64,000 nucleotides of DNA from an uncultured Phycisphaerales bacterium. GTDB taxonomy: Bacteria > Planctomycetota > Phycisphaerae > Tepidisphaerales > Tepidisphaeraceae. The translations under genes were made by a program, and so were the position numbers. The number at the start of each line of letters is the position of its first letter. Position 1 is the stretch's first letter. Of this stretch, positions 9,601-21,680 are shown in pieces. The stretch is from positions 3,232,001-3,296,000 of the forward strand of contig CAVWLP010000002.1 of the NCBI GenBank assembly GCA_963755915.1. The letters run 5' to 3'. The notes under the pieces were generated by a model. The model did no database searches. It was not told where the DNA came from and saw only the letters and a list, made by a program, of their open reading frames with translations.

Positions 9601-12600
9601 CGAGCAATTGGACGTTGCCGCTGGCCAGGACGATCTGGTTGGCGCCACCGACGTCCCCCTGGAGGGTAGCGCCGAGGTTTACGGTTCCGGAGGCGGCCTG
9701 GACGACGAGTGTTGGGGCGATGGTTCCGGTGATGGAGGCGGTGTTGTTGCTCATGGACATCGCGAGGGTGCCGGTGCCGTTCATGGTTCCGGTGAAGGAA
9801 AGATTGGTGACGAGACCGGCCGAAATCGTGTTGTTTTGGGTAACGGTGATGGGGCCGTTGAAGACGGTGTCGCCGGTGACGCTGAGGGTGGTTCCATTGA
9901 AGAAAACAGGATCGCTGAAGTTGAGGGGGGTGTTATCCTCGGAACCGACGATGGCAGGAAACGCGGTCGGGGATGTTGGCGCGGCGGAAAAAATCAGCGG
10001 GGCGCTGCCGAAGTCTTTGGCGTCGGGTGTGACGACAAGCGATGTGGATTCGCCAGTGTCGTTTGGTGTTTGGACCGTGATATTTCCGGTGAAGCTGGGG
10101 AGCGAGCCTGCCGCGAGGGTGCCGTATTGAATATCAATTCCAGTATTGCCGGTTACGGTGCTCAGGAGCTGGACTACGCCGCCGGAATCGGTGACCTGGT
10201 TGGCGGTGGCAGCGCCGAGAAGGTTTCCGGCGAGGGCGAGGGTGCCGTTGGAGTCCTGTGCGGTGAGGGTTACGGAGGCGTTGACGTCGCCGCTGACACT
10301 GAGGGTGCCGTCCATGTTGTCGGTGAGCTGGCCGACGCCCTGGATTCCGTCGGAGAAGGTGAGGAATGCGGGGGTTAAGCTGCTGTTTATATATGACTGA
10401 GTGCTGTTGACTGTCACCATTTTTTCGATCGTGACGTTGCCGGATACTTCGAGATTGCCGGAGGTTTCAAAATCGAGGGTGTTATTGAGCAGAAGAGACC
10501 CGACGACGCCGACTTCAGAAATGGTTGGCGTCAGGGGGTTGCTGCCCGTGGGTGTGGCGATGACGATTGTGCCGGTGCCAAGGGGATCGGTGACGACGGA
10601 GAGCTGTACCTGTGCCTGGCCGGTTGGTGTTCGTTCGAGGGTGATGGTCCCGGTGTAATCAGGAACGCCAGCGGAGTTGAGTATGCCGCTCTGAACGTTG
10701 ATGCCGCCGGTGCCGCTCATGCCGGTTTCGAGGACGAGTGTGCCGCCGTCTACGGTTACCTGGTTGTCGAGGCTGTCGAGTTTTCCGGAAAGATCGAACG
10801 TTGTGGCAGGGACCTGGATCTGTACGGTTTCGGCGACGCTGCCGCTGATGGTGACCACTCCGGCGCCGAACAGGGTAAGGGTGCCGTTGCCAGCAATGTC
10901 ACCCTGCAAAGCCATGGTGTCGCCCTGGCGCATGGATTCGCCCACGTCCTGACCGTTGACGGTGATGCTTCCGGCAAACAGGACCGTGGGATCTGTGGCC
11001 AGCGTGGCGCCGTTTTGGAAAGTAAGATCGTTGTCCAATTCCGCCGATCCGCTGCCCGAATCGTCGATGGAGACGGGACCCGAGCCCGCTCCGATCGTAA
11101 GTGCCCCATCACCAAAAGCGTCGTCGGCGGCGCCGTCATCAATCGTGACGCCCGCCATAAGCGTCGTCGAGCCGGTATAGGTGTCGGTGTCGTCAAACGT
11201 AGCGATCCCCGCGCCGATACGGTGAGGCTCGCCCCGCTAAGCACCGATTCTATCGTCAGATCGCCCGTCTGGTCATCAACTGTTGGTGAGCCAACGAGCG
11301 TGGTGGCGATGTCATACGTGTTATTTCCGGATTCCGAAGTGAGGCCGCCCGTCAGCGAGATTGCATTGCCGCCGAGCGTGTAGCCGGCGCCCTGAATTTC
11401 GATGTTTGCGACGGATAGACCGGTGATGTCGTTGTTCGGCGAAAGCGTCCCACCTGCCGCAAACACCAGGCTGTCGCCGGAAACGGGAGCAACATCCTCC
11501 GACCAGTTCTTGGCGTCGCTCCAGCTCGTTCCATCGCCACTGCCAGTCCACGTCAGGCTGTTGGCGATGCTGAACTGATTCGAGGTCGCGTTGGCGGCGG
11601 GGCTGTCACTGCCGGTCTGATCCGCGGTGAGGGTGTATTCACCGTCGACTTCAATCGCCGGCCCCCCGGGGTCAGTGAACGTCGCCTGGCCGTTAACGAT
11701 CGGGGCGAACGTCGTGCCGGTCAGCGCGGCGCCCTCGCCGCCGGAAATCGTGTTCAGCGACAGGGTGATTGTTCCGGTGGCCTCTGTATCGACCGTGTTG
11801 TTTGAATCATCGACCGAGACGACCAGGGGAATCTGCGTGTTCGGCGCGGCACCCATCGGTTGGGACGTAAAGACGAGATGTTCGCCGGTGATCTGAAAGC
11901 TATTGCTAATGACATCGCTCGTGTCGGAACTGCTGGCGTCGAAGGTGTAGTTGCCGGCGAGGTTGACGGATAGGCTGTTGAACGTCGCGACTCCATTGAC
12001 GGCATCGACGGTGGTGTTTCCGCCGAGGGTGCCGCTGCCGCCCTGAAGCGCCAAGGTGATTGCGCCGGTTTCGTTGGTGTCGATGTTTCCGTTGGAATCG
12101 AGAAACTCGACGGAAACGGGGGCCATCGTGTCGCCGGTGGGAGTGCTTGCTGCCGGTTGCGCAACCCATTGCAGCGTGTCCTGGGGAACGAAATAGCTCT
12201 CCAACTGGTAGGTAACAGATATATCGCCCTCGTCAGTGCTCTCCTCCTGCACGATTCCGACATTTGGGGCCCACCAAATGTCGGTACCGAATGTGGCGGT
12301 GTCGTTGGGATCGCCATCAGTGTCGGTTTCGGAATATTGAATTTCGTAGGAGTTGAATGTGCCGGCTGGCACGGTGAGTGGCGAGGGCGTCTCGGAAACG
12401 AGCGTGAAGGTCTGTGCGTCGCTCTCCTGCGATTCGGTCGTGTCGTCGGAGTCCGAAGTGTCGGTATCAGTAGATGTGTTGCCGATCGGCTGTCCCGCGG
12501 AGAGATTGGCGGGCATGATGACCTCGGGCGGGGAATAGGTATCGGTATCGGTTCCGTCGTCGTCTGCATATTCAACGATGCCCGCGCTGGTTGATCCGAT

Positions 12601-12929
12601 GTAGAGGCTGTCCGACGAGGAGTTGTCATTGACCTCGATGGTCGACTCCAACTCGACGGAGCTCTGTCCGCTGGGCGCGGTTGCAGACCCGATGACGTCG
12701 TAGGTGAGAGTGCCGGTAGCGCCGTTGCTACCGGTGGCGGCAAGGGTAAAACTCGCCCCGGGGATCAGATAGGCCCCGGCAAGCGAAAATCCGCTGACGC
12801 TCAGCATCGTTCGTTGCTCGAGCATCTCGATGGTGGGCGCCGTCGCCGCCTTCAGCCTTCTCAGTCGCGATCGGTTGCATCTTCGATTTTAGAAAACGAC
12901 GTATGGGTCTCGCAGTTTCTCCCAAGCAT
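6647..12929 (-). CDS. Large secreted protein (~2,090 aa) with LEPR-XLL-like leader, Ig-like domains and autotransporter-type beta-strand repeats; split by apparent 1-nt deletions near 12892 and 11214
   Basis: IEMLEQRTMLS; AVNGVATF Ig-like repeats; WTGSGDGTSWSDAKNW; G/T/S/N-rich repeats; adding one base gives LTVSGAGIATFDDTDTYTGSTTL and joins ORFs 10756-12825 and 6647-11158; GGAG RBS before ATG 12929. Confidence 0.8.
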
Positions 12930-13412
12930 CTCAACTCTCCCTGCAAACTGATTTTTTGCCCGAATTGCCCGAATTGACCAGCAGTTTCAGCAGAATCGTA
13001 ACAAAGGCTTGCGGCAAGACAATACGTTGTTTTGCGTACAACGCATTTTTGGATGGAGGCTGCAGGGAACGCTGGCAAGCCGCGTAGGCTGAATCGCTTG
13101 TGAGGCCGCCGACCAATACGCCCGAGCTCGGTACCGTGCCGCTGGGATCCGCGCACAGATCCGCACACGCAGTAGTCGGGATCCGTTCTGTTAACGGCAT
13201 TCGTCCCAACACTCAACCGACGACCAATCCATAAAGCACAATTAAGTCCCTTCGCACGGAATGGAATGCATTTTCTGTGAACGATAGCTTTACCCTGACG
13301 GCGAGCGCCTTCTCAACTTCCGCTCGCAGCGCGGCAAATCGGACAAGCGGCCGATCGGCATTACCCATAACTTTCCTTTTGAATTCCCGTCTGCGGACTT
13401 CGCTGTCGTCAA

Positions 13413-13760
13413 TTACGGAATTGAGGCCACGCCGGTTGCGGACACCGTGTCCGGCCGCGTAAATCTTCTCCGCCGCCAAGCCAGCGCTCGAAGACCGGCA
13501 ATTGCGATCAACCCCACACAGGCCGGCTCGGGCACCGCTGCAATCGTCGGCAGCGGCAATCCGTTAGCGAGGGCAAAGGAATCCAACGCCGCGATGTCGG
13601 CTTGAGACACATTCACATCCGCGCCGCTGTCGCCCTGGCCAAAGTTGGCGGCGAGGGCGGAGAAGTCGGAGCCGTTGACGGAGGAACTGAAAAGGAAATT
13701 TCCCTGGTCCCAGTTGGTGACCCCTTGGCCGAAGTTGGCGGCGAGGGCGGAGAAATCGGC
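13413..13760 (-). pseudogene. Orphan C-terminus of a dockerin-like/PEP-CTERM protein
   Basis: DFSALAANFG twice, VPEP, hydrophobic helix, RRRR; closely matches the tails of 26677-28554 and 52709-56632; 5' end replaced by IS66 scrap. Confidence 0.85.
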
Positions 13761-13892
13761 GGGCAGACGGTGGCGATCCTGTCGAGCCTGACCAGCACGC
13801 GCAAGTGGCACAGGATCGATCCGCAGCGATACCTAACTCAATTGTTGACGAATCTGCCGACGATGACGATCAGCCAACTTGAACAATTGCTG
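13758..13892 (+). mobile_element. IS66 transposase C-terminal fragment
   Basis: GGQTVAILSSLTSTRKWHRIDPQRYLTQLLTNLP...ISQLEQLL. Confidence 0.75.
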
Positions 13893-14430
13893 CGGCGAAA
13901 TCCGGCCTCTCCAGCGTATCAATCCGCCCGGGCGGAAGTGTGACTTCAAACCACATCATGCCGTCGAATTCGATCCGGCTATCAACTTTGATCGCACCCT
14001 GGGTCATCTGGAAATGGACGACACCCGGTTTTGTGTCCCCCATGACCAGCGTGGCCAGCGCGGGAGGAGTATCAGGGGCGGGCGCCACGAGCAGTTTAAT
14101 TGGGGCCGCAAGGAGTTGGTTGTTAAGAGCCGTGATCTGGCTGGGAAAGAGGCCACCGTGATACTGGTAGCTCCGCCCCCAAACCTTAAAGGTGGCGTTG
14201 CCATCGGAGGAAGCCTTTGCCTCGACCGGCGACCACGGTTTAGGCACCTTATCGGAGACGCCGATTTTGTTTCCGAGCCAGATGGGTTTTTTAGTCGTCC
14301 CGGCATCCGAACTTCCGGTTTTCCCCACCGCCGGATCTCCCTGAGCCTGCAGCGAAAAGACGTTCCCAAAGATAACCAGGAAGGAAAGAACGGCGAGAAG
14401 TTGGAGGCCGCGAATTGAAAAAAAACTCAT
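13893..14430 (-). pseudogene. N-terminal part of a secreted DUF6067/GH123-like protein, 3' truncated
   Basis: Signal peptide; WLGNKIGVSDKVPKPWSPV, VWGRSY, PSQI...LLAAP, IEFDGMMW; runs into IS66 scrap. Confidence 0.6.
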
Positions 14431-14691
14431 GGGCAATGACCTTCCCGCGCAGCAATGGCATACCCCCAAAACGACATCGGCCATCAATGGATCGCCGATG
14501 GCATATCGAAAGCTACCGAATGAGACGACGCGATTACACGGTCCGAATCTCGCTCAATCGCTTGCGACATCTCTATTATGGTAGACATTACAACCGGTTG
14601 GATGAATAGATGCTTAAAAGCCCTACGCCTTCCATTCCCTTTGTTTATCTGCTTTCGGGAAAGCTCTTTGGAACAACTGAAACTGTATGGT

Positions 14692-17416
14692 TTAATCGGC
14701 GGTTAGATGAACGTTGTCGACGCAAACGAAATTCACCAAGGGTGATCCATCCGCACTACTGCGAAAAACGTTATCCGTGGCTGTTGTCCGAATAACCAGA
14801 TTTTCCGCCGCAGCGCCGAACGCAACCGACACCGTTCCTTCCGTTAGAACAGCCGGCATTTCGCCAACCGGTTGGAGCACAACTTTGTACGATCGGTTCG
14901 TATTGTTGATCGTTAACTGAAGGTGATTCCAACAATCCAAAGCGACTGGCACCGATGATTTTGTGTAGACGCCATTTTGCAAGGAGCTCCAAAAGCCATG
15001 GTCGGTATTGATTGCCAGCCGATCGGGTTCATCATTGCCGCCGTTCAGGCCAATCTCCACGCCTTCGTTCGCTTCTGACGCAGCGCTCGGCATGATATCC
15101 ACGTAGGGGGAATTCGATCTGATGAAAACGTCCATATCTAAAACACATTTCTGGGAAGGGCGGGTATCAGCGGTCTGGCACAAGAGGGCCATATTGCCCC
15201 AGATTCTGAGGCATTTTGTGCCCTCTCCATAGGACGAATTGCTTTCAATCACCGCTTGTGTGGCGTCGCCACCCTTGAGAACCCATCGACTGCCAATCTG
15301 CGGTTTTTGCCACAAGGGACTCAGACCCGGATCAAATCGTTCGAAGTCGTCGGCAAAAAGGACATGCGTTGCCGGTTTCTCATACGGAATAAGCGGTCTC
15401 CACTGGACGATTACATCGTCGAGATACGTGACCGCCCCGATTTTTCCTTCTGGGACAAAATCAAGCTGATTCAACATTTTGCAGGTCTTCAGCGTCACGG
15501 TCCTTCCGCTGCCGTCGTCAGTCGGGATTACGCGTGGACCTGCGGGCATATAGGGCACCGAGCTGCAGATCGCGTCAACTCTCTGATTGACGAGGGACGC
15601 TGAGTATGATCCCGTTGAAAAATCTACACCAATCCGAATTTGCATCCAAATCTGTTTCGGCAGGAAGATGTTGGCGGTGCGCCATGTGCCCAAGACTGAA
15701 TACTCCAATGCGCCGGTTCCGGGCGTTATCCTGACAGCGATATCTGGTTTCACGTCCGACCCGTCCTGGAAATATGCAATCAGGCCGCTTTCATCGGATT
15801 GGCGAAAGACCCGGAAGTGGAAATCAGCGTGGCCGTTCTGAATTGCCGGCTCAATACAGGCGTAATAGAGGCTGCGGTCGCAATTACTCGAATGCCGCGC
15901 GATCAATTCAGTGGATTTGGTGGGATCGCTGGTAAGTTTGACGGCGTTACCCTGCAATCCATATCGAACCTGACTCTGCACGCATGGGAGGGAATTGCTG
16001 CCGTCTCCCATGCGATACCACAGACCAGGGCAAGGCGCAGAGCGGGAACATATCCCTTGTTCCCATAGCCCCCGGAATAATAGGAACTGTTGGCGGGAAA
16101 GCCGTCAAACGATTGGTCGAAGAACTTGATATAGCCAAACTCGTGAAGGTCTTTCATCAATTGGTTCCATCGCTGGAACCACGCCATTTGATAAGAATCG
16201 TACCAGTCGGTGGTGCGCCAGCTATCGCCATTTGCAGGCGGATTCTGAAAGAAATAGGAACCGCCGCCGGAAATGAGGCGGATATCGGGATGCTTGCTGG
16301 ATTTGATGTAGTTTCGAAAGACGGCGAGCGGAACGATGCCCCGGCCCTGTTTTACGCAGGTGATATAGGTCTTCAAGATATCCGCAGACGTGGGCCACGC
16401 GTCAAAATCACAAGGGGTGATGATCGCGTCGATGAGGCCCTGGTCGACCCAGGTCCGCCAATCGGTGAACCAGTTTCCCATCGGCGGCCCGATTCGTTCG
16501 CCCGCAACTGAAACGCAAATCTGGATTTTTGGATCGACCCCATTGAGCGCCGTGCGAAGCTCCTGCAAGAATTGCGTAAAGTATTCTCCGCGCAATCTGT
16601 GCCAGTTCTCAACCATGGGATCGAGTGCGTTGAATTTGGGGCTGTCAACATCGAACCGGGGATCGGTGAGTATGTTGACGCCATAACGTCGCTGCATGTC
16701 CTGAACGACGATGTCGTTGAACCCGAACCGGTCGGCGTTGTCCGGCGGATCCTGCATTTGCGATGCTTCGCTTCGGTTTTCAACCACAAAATGCTTAAGC
16801 CCCAGGTTCCTGGCCATATAAACAAACTCGGCAATCTTGGTGGCGCGTGCCGCGGGGTAGCCGTATTCGCGGACCATCCATTGCTTTTTGGTGTGAGTGC
16901 GATCGGTGGTAACCGCCTCGGGATGGGTGTAGGTGTACATGGAAACATAAGACCATGGCCAGATTCGCCCAGGTCCAGGCCCGCCGGCGGTTTCGGGGCG
17001 CCGTCGCTGAAGGTATGGGCATGCCAGGCCCAGAATTCGAAGCCGTCTTTCTCGCTGATCTGGTTGCCGATTTTATGGACATTAAAGCGGTTTGAAACCT
17101 CATCGATATAGGCCCACGCTTGTGCAAGGGCCGGATTTTCCTGGTTGCCGAGGGGATTCCGCCGGATGGAATTGGGATCAAGTTGGGCCAAATCCGTTCG
17201 CAGAAAGACCCCGCGAAAACCCCGGCCTTGCCAGTGCCGCACCATGTGCTCGAAGGCGGCTGGACTATCGAGCGAAGGATCGACGCCCGGCCCGTAGCTG
17301 TAGACAATGTCCCCCCAGCTCGGAAGCACGTAATCTCGGCCCTCAACGGCCTGCCCCATCGACATTTCCGCAATCGCCAGGGTCAGCGAAACGAAGACAA
17401 AAAAAGCGACTCTCAT
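14692..17416 (-). CDS. Secreted GHL10/DUF187-like TIM-barrel protein with two C-terminal beta-sandwich domains; two apparent 1-nt deletions (~16996, ~16033)
   Basis: Three overlapping ORFs are collinear with paralogue 46910-49578 (PSWGD..YGPG.DP, EYGYP, RGEYFTQFLQELR, DWRTWVDQGLID). Confidence 0.8.
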
Positions 17417-17575
17417 TTTCCAGATCTTTCGTGAGCATCATCTCGTCCAACGCGTTACGGAGCAGGACGGAGACTTCGGCGTTTCCAACTTCGTTGATGC
17501 GTTGGCGGGAGCCGACGGCGATTGTACAACGCCCGTATGCCGGCAAAGGCGAGAAACAGTGTCTCGCTGAAGTGA

Positions 17576-18157
17576 TTAGCGTGCGTTGGCGAAATAGAGC
17601 ATCATGCCGATGGCGTAACCACAGCTCGCAATGAGGCAGACGATTCCCAGTGCGTGATTTTTCATGCGCTGCCACCAGAGGTAAATGCCTGTGAGAGCAA
17701 AGAGAATCATCGAAACGCCGGCGAGGTCGCAGAAGAACGCATATAGATCGAAGAGGGGTTCGTTGTCGTAACCGGCGATTTTGTGAAGCATGATCAAGGT
17801 TCCGATCCAGCCGGCGGGTTGCGTGGTCAGACGTACAGTATGGTTTTGCGAGAAGACATCGACGCGAAGCATCGTGCCGGGATGATTGATCCAGAAGAGG
17901 GCTTCATCCGGCGGCTGGGTTTGCGGAAACTGAATTCGCCCCGGTAAAAAGAGATCTTTCTTGACGGATTCCGCAAGCTGAGGCAGGGGAAGAGAGCTGT
18001 CGGTGTCGAGCGGCACTGTCTTGCTGGTGCGCGGAAGCGCCGGTGGCAGGAACCAGGGTCGATGTGCCATGATGTAGCCGCTCACGAAATACATCAACAG
18101 AAACATCAAAATGATGAGTCCGGCGTGTAAGTGAATTTTGCGAATAAGGTTGTACAT
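17576..18157 (-). CDS. PepSY-associated TM helix protein
   Basis: RKIHLHAGL, LIMLHK, ALTGIYLWW; three TM segments. Confidence 0.8.
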   Translation of the reverse strand: MYNLIRKIHLHAGLIILMFLLMYFVSGYIMAHRPWFLPPALPRTSKTVPLDTDSSLPLPQLAESVKKDLFLPGRIQFPQTQPPDEALFWINHPGTMLRVDVFSQNHTVRLTTQPAGWIGTLIMLHKIAGYDNEPLFDLYAFFCDLAGVSMILFALTGIYLWWQRMKNHALGIVCLIASCGYAIGMMLYFANAR

Positions 18158-18159
18158 GG

Positions 18160-18816
18160 CTATCCGTGAAACGTGACGAACAGCATGAGGGTGAGTGAGA
18201 GGACTGTCGCGATGCCGATTACGAGCAGTCCGATGCGACGTTCGCGTCTGCGGCGGGTCCAAAGATAAATTCCGCTAATGCCGGCGAACACGACCACGAA
18301 CGTGCAAAGATCGGTGTACAAACTCCACGTGCTGGCGAGGACGGAATCGGCATAGGCGAAATACGAACCGTGGAGGTCCCGAATGAGCGTCCATAAACCT
18401 GTCTTTGTTTGGGTGACGGTTTGAGTTCCTTGATCGACATGAACGTCGATTTCGTACTCTTTGCCCGGGCGAACGAGGTGGGCGTGGTAGGTGCCGGGGC
18501 TGGTCCAACTGCCGTTGGAGTTCGGATATGACTCCGCGAAGGATCCCATGGCGTGAAGAATCGCGGCATCGTTCAGCCGCTGCATCGCGTCGGGCGGCGT
18601 TTTACTGTCAGCCTTAACAAGAGCTGGAATCGAGATGGGCAGCGTCCAGGTGGTCTCATCGGCCGATGGCTTGGTGAAGGCAAAAGGGTGGTTGAAATTC
18701 AAGACGCTGATTCCAAGGAGAATCAGATAGCTGAAGCAAAGCAAGCCGCCGTAAATGTGGATGTAAAGGACGGTTTTGCGAAGCACGCACACCTCCGGCA
18801 ATTGGGTTTGGATCAT
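18160..18816 (-). CDS. PepSY-associated TM helix protein (paralogue)
   Basis: YIHIYGGL, LIRDLHG, ISGIYLW. Confidence 0.8.
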   Translation of the reverse strand: MIQTQLPEVCVLRKTVLYIHIYGGLLCFSYLILLGISVLNFNHPFAFTKPSADETTWTLPISIPALVKADSKTPPDAMQRLNDAAILHAMGSFAESYPNSNGSWTSPGTYHAHLVRPGKEYEIDVHVDQGTQTVTQTKTGLWTLIRDLHGSYFAYADSVLASTWSLYTDLCTFVVVFAGISGIYLWTRRRRERRIGLLVIGIATVLSLTLMLFVTFHG

Positions 18817-18856
18817 TTTCTGTCGGAGCCGCCGTCGATGGGCGCTGGCACTTCGG

Positions 18857-19285
18857 TTAACGGTGGTTGCTGTTCCCAGCAGATTTTTTCGCGGTTTTCA
18901 TTGCCGTTGAGTAGGCCACCGCGTCGATTTCGAATTTCACGACCGTTCCAAGGCAGTTTACGAGCGTCGTCCTGGATGGATATGGCTCCGAGAAATAATT
19001 CCGGTAAAGGCGATTATATTCGGCCAGATCCTTCTGCCTGGCGAGGTAGGATCGAACATTGACGACATCTTTGAAGCCCAGGCCGGCGGCCTTCAAAATT
19101 GCGCGAAGATTTTCCATCGATCTACGCATCTCGCCTTCGAAAGTGTCGTGCACAACTTCACCGCCGGCATTGACTGATGCCTGACCGGCCACGAAGAGAA
19201 ACGGCCCGGCCTGGACCGCGGGTGAGTAGGGAAGCTTTGGTTTGGGGACACCGGACGTGATGTGGTTGATAGGGCCGTTTTTCAT
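18857..19285 (-). CDS. RidA/YjgF family reactive imine deaminase
   Basis: PYSPAVQAGPFLFVAGQ, NLRAILKAAG, YNRLY..YF..PYPSRTT, FEIDAVA. Confidence 0.93.
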   Translation of the reverse strand: MKNGPINHITSGVPKPKLPYSPAVQAGPFLFVAGQASVNAGGEVVHDTFEGEMRRSMENLRAILKAAGLGFKDVVNVRSYLARQKDLAEYNRLYRNYFSEPYPSRTTLVNCLGTVVKFEIDAVAYSTAMKTAKKSAGNSNHR

Positions 19286-19322
19286 TCCTTTTCCTTTCGA
19301 TAATTGGATTCGATCTGCTCGA

Positions 19323-20432
19323 TTAGAAGATTCCGCGGGGGCAGGAAAGCAGATTCTCGAGGCCGGTGGGAGTGACCAGGTATTGATCTTCGATTCGTAT
19401 TCCCCCACCGAGATCATCGCCATATATCCCCGGCTCTACGCAGATTACTTCTCCCGCCATGAGGACGTCGTCCCACATCGAATTGAGGTGGGGAAACTCA
19501 TGCGGTTCCAGGCCGACGCCATGGCCAAGATGATGGGGCAAGCAGCGGCCGACCCTGGCTTGGAGATTGTTGTTGATGGCCGCGACCAAATCGCGGCAGC
19601 GCGTGCCCGGTTTGGCCGATTTCTCGACGATGTCGAAACAGGAAAGAATCGCCTCATACGCCCGCTGTTGTTGAGACGTGGGTTTTCGATTCACAACAAA
19701 ACTTCGCGCGTTATCGGCGAAATAGCCGCGATAAGAGGGGCTCAGATCGAGGATATATATTTCGCCCTCCCGGGCCTTTCGCCCGGCCCTTGGCGGACCA
19801 CCGATCACTCCGCACGCAAAATCGTTCCCCAATAGATCGGTCAAAGGCTCGCCGGCCGCCTGGACTGCGACGCGCTGGAGCTGGGCGAAAACTTCCATCT
19901 CGTCGATGCCGGGCGCAATAATCTGACGGGCGTGCTCATACATTTTTTCGCTTATCGCAATTGCCTTTTTCATCAGCTCCAGTTCATCGGAGTCCTTGCA
20001 GCGCCGCATTTGCCAGATTTCCGAATCGACCAGCTCGGTTTCGGCATTGGTGTTTTTGGAAAGATGAAGCGACACGAGCGAAGTGTCGAGCCCAAGCCGG
20101 CGAATGTTTTTCCATGCCAGCCACTCGGCGGACCTATGCGCCGCGATCGAGGGTTGTTCCTGCCGGAGGGTTGCCATGAACTGCGCGGGATATGCGATGT
20201 TGTCATCGACCGCCTTTGAATCCGCGGGATTGTTGGCTGCGATGAGGCAAGATCGGCCGTCGGCAGTCAGAATAAGCGCCGCCTGATGGACCCAGTGGGG
20301 GTGAAACGCCGAAAAATAATAGACGTGGCGCGGGCGGGCGATGACGACGGCATCGAGCCGGCGACGCTGCATGATTAGAAGCAATCGGCTTTGCCGTTGG
20401 CGCGATAGTTCGTGGTCAAGCACGATAGTCAC
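19323..20432 (-). CDS. M24 (Xaa-Pro) peptidase family protein
   Basis: RRCKDSDE, LDL...GYFADNARSF, HHLGHGVGL..HE.P, VEPGIY, GIRIED; GTG start overlaps upstream TGA. Confidence 0.92.
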   Translation of the reverse strand: MTIVLDHELSRQRQSRLLLIMQRRRLDAVVIARPRHVYYFSAFHPHWVHQAALILTADGRSCLIAANNPADSKAVDDNIAYPAQFMATLRQEQPSIAAHRSAEWLAWKNIRRLGLDTSLVSLHLSKNTNAETELVDSEIWQMRRCKDSDELELMKKAIAISEKMYEHARQIIAPGIDEMEVFAQLQRVAVQAAGEPLTDLLGNDFACGVIGGPPRAGRKAREGEIYILDLSPSYRGYFADNARSFVVNRKPTSQQQRAYEAILSCFDIVEKSAKPGTRCRDLVAAINNNLQARVGRCLPHHLGHGVGLEPHEFPHLNSMWDDVLMAGEVICVEPGIYGDDLGGGIRIEDQYLVTPTGLENLLSCPRGIF

Positions 20433-21388
20433 GCCTTCTTTTTGCCAATTGACGCGGCTTTCTCGTTCATCTTCTGAACGAGCCAGACATTCTCGACAAA
20501 TAATTTCTCCCACTGCTCGACTTCTTCCGGGGTGTAATCGTAAAAGCCTTTGCCGGTAGAGATGCCGTTGGCGCCGCTTTCGATGATTTTGCGAATTGTT
20601 TCGGGAACCTCGGTTGAATTCTTCAAAGTTGGAAAAAGGCGTTTCATCACAGCGGCATAGGCCGAGACGCCGGTGAGATCCATCCATCGAAAGGGCCCGC
20701 CAATTGCCGCCCACAATCCCACCGCGCTTCGGAATGAGCGGTCGATGGTCTCGACATCGGCAACTCCGCTCTCCAGCAGATTGAAGGCCTCGCGATAGAG
20801 CGCATAGTTCATCCTATTCACGATGAACCCGGCAACATCCTTGCGCACCAGCGAAGGATCCTTTCCCGCGGCTTTGGCGAGGGCCATGGTGGCCTCAGCC
20901 GTCGCGTCGTCCGTGAATTCCCCTCTGATGACTTCAAGAAATCGTGTGATGTGGCAGGGATCCGCCCAGTGCATTCCGATGAATCGCCGCGGAAAGCGCC
21001 GATCCTTCTGGAGGACCGAAATTGGAAATGCGGAAGTATTGCTGGCGATCGGCGTGGTTGAGGCGACAATTCCCTCAAGCCGATCGAAAACGGATCGCTT
21101 GAGTTCGAGGTCTTCGTTCACGCTCTCGATAACGTAGTCGCAATCGCGCAGCGCATCGATGGACTCTGGATCGCTATAAGTGTTTTGCCATCGGGTGGTC
21201 AAATCCCGGGAAACCCGACCGTGCTCAAAGAGGTCTTCGATTGCCGTCTGGACATATTTGCGTGCATTGTGCCGCGCCTGAGGATCGCGGTCATAGGCGA
21301 CGACATGAATCTCCTTGGCCAGCAAGCAAGTAGCGATCCCCCGCCCCAGCAAGCCAATCCCGACAACGCCTACGCTCCGAGCTATCAT
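20429..21388 (-). CDS. 3-hydroxyacyl-CoA dehydrogenase family protein
   Basis: VVGIGLLG, VIESVNEDLELK, ASNTS, GMHW, GFIVNR, GPFRWMD, GKGFYDY. Confidence 0.92.
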   Translation of the reverse strand: MIARSVGVVGIGLLGRGIATCLLAKEIHVVAYDRDPQARHNARKYVQTAIEDLFEHGRVSRDLTTRWQNTYSDPESIDALRDCDYVIESVNEDLELKRSVFDRLEGIVASTTPIASNTSAFPISVLQKDRRFPRRFIGMHWADPCHITRFLEVIRGEFTDDATAEATMALAKAAGKDPSLVRKDVAGFIVNRMNYALYREAFNLLESGVADVETIDRSFRSAVGLWAAIGGPFRWMDLTGVSAYAAVMKRLFPTLKNSTEVPETIRKIIESGANGISTGKGFYDYTPEEVEQWEKLFVENVWLVQKMNEKAASIGKKKA

Positions 21389-21680
21389 TATGCCGCTCTT
21401 TATTTCGGATGCATTTTGTTGAACACAACAGGAAGCTTTTTAACATGGCGGTGCCGTCAACGCCTGGCGAACGCGAATGTTTTTTGGGAATTTATCGCAT
21501 ATATGTCGGGGCGGGCAAGACAGTATCTGTGTTGTGGCCCGGCAATGGATTTATGGGGTCGTTTCGTATAGCGGAACGCGTCATTCGTCGACGTGAGCGA
21601 CGGGGAGGAAATGGGGCCAATATTGCACGCAGGCGAGTATATTCACGATTGAACCAGATATAGTCACTTCGACGATAGTC

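Noticed and set aside
6659-12743. Many long alternative-frame and antisense ORFs over the large secreted gene (and over other genes)
   Set aside because: Shadow ORFs expected from high GC and codon bias; no motifs
12955-13185. Short direct repeats (ttgcccgaa twice; gatccgc twice) upstream of the large gene
   Set aside because: Two copies only; could arise by chance
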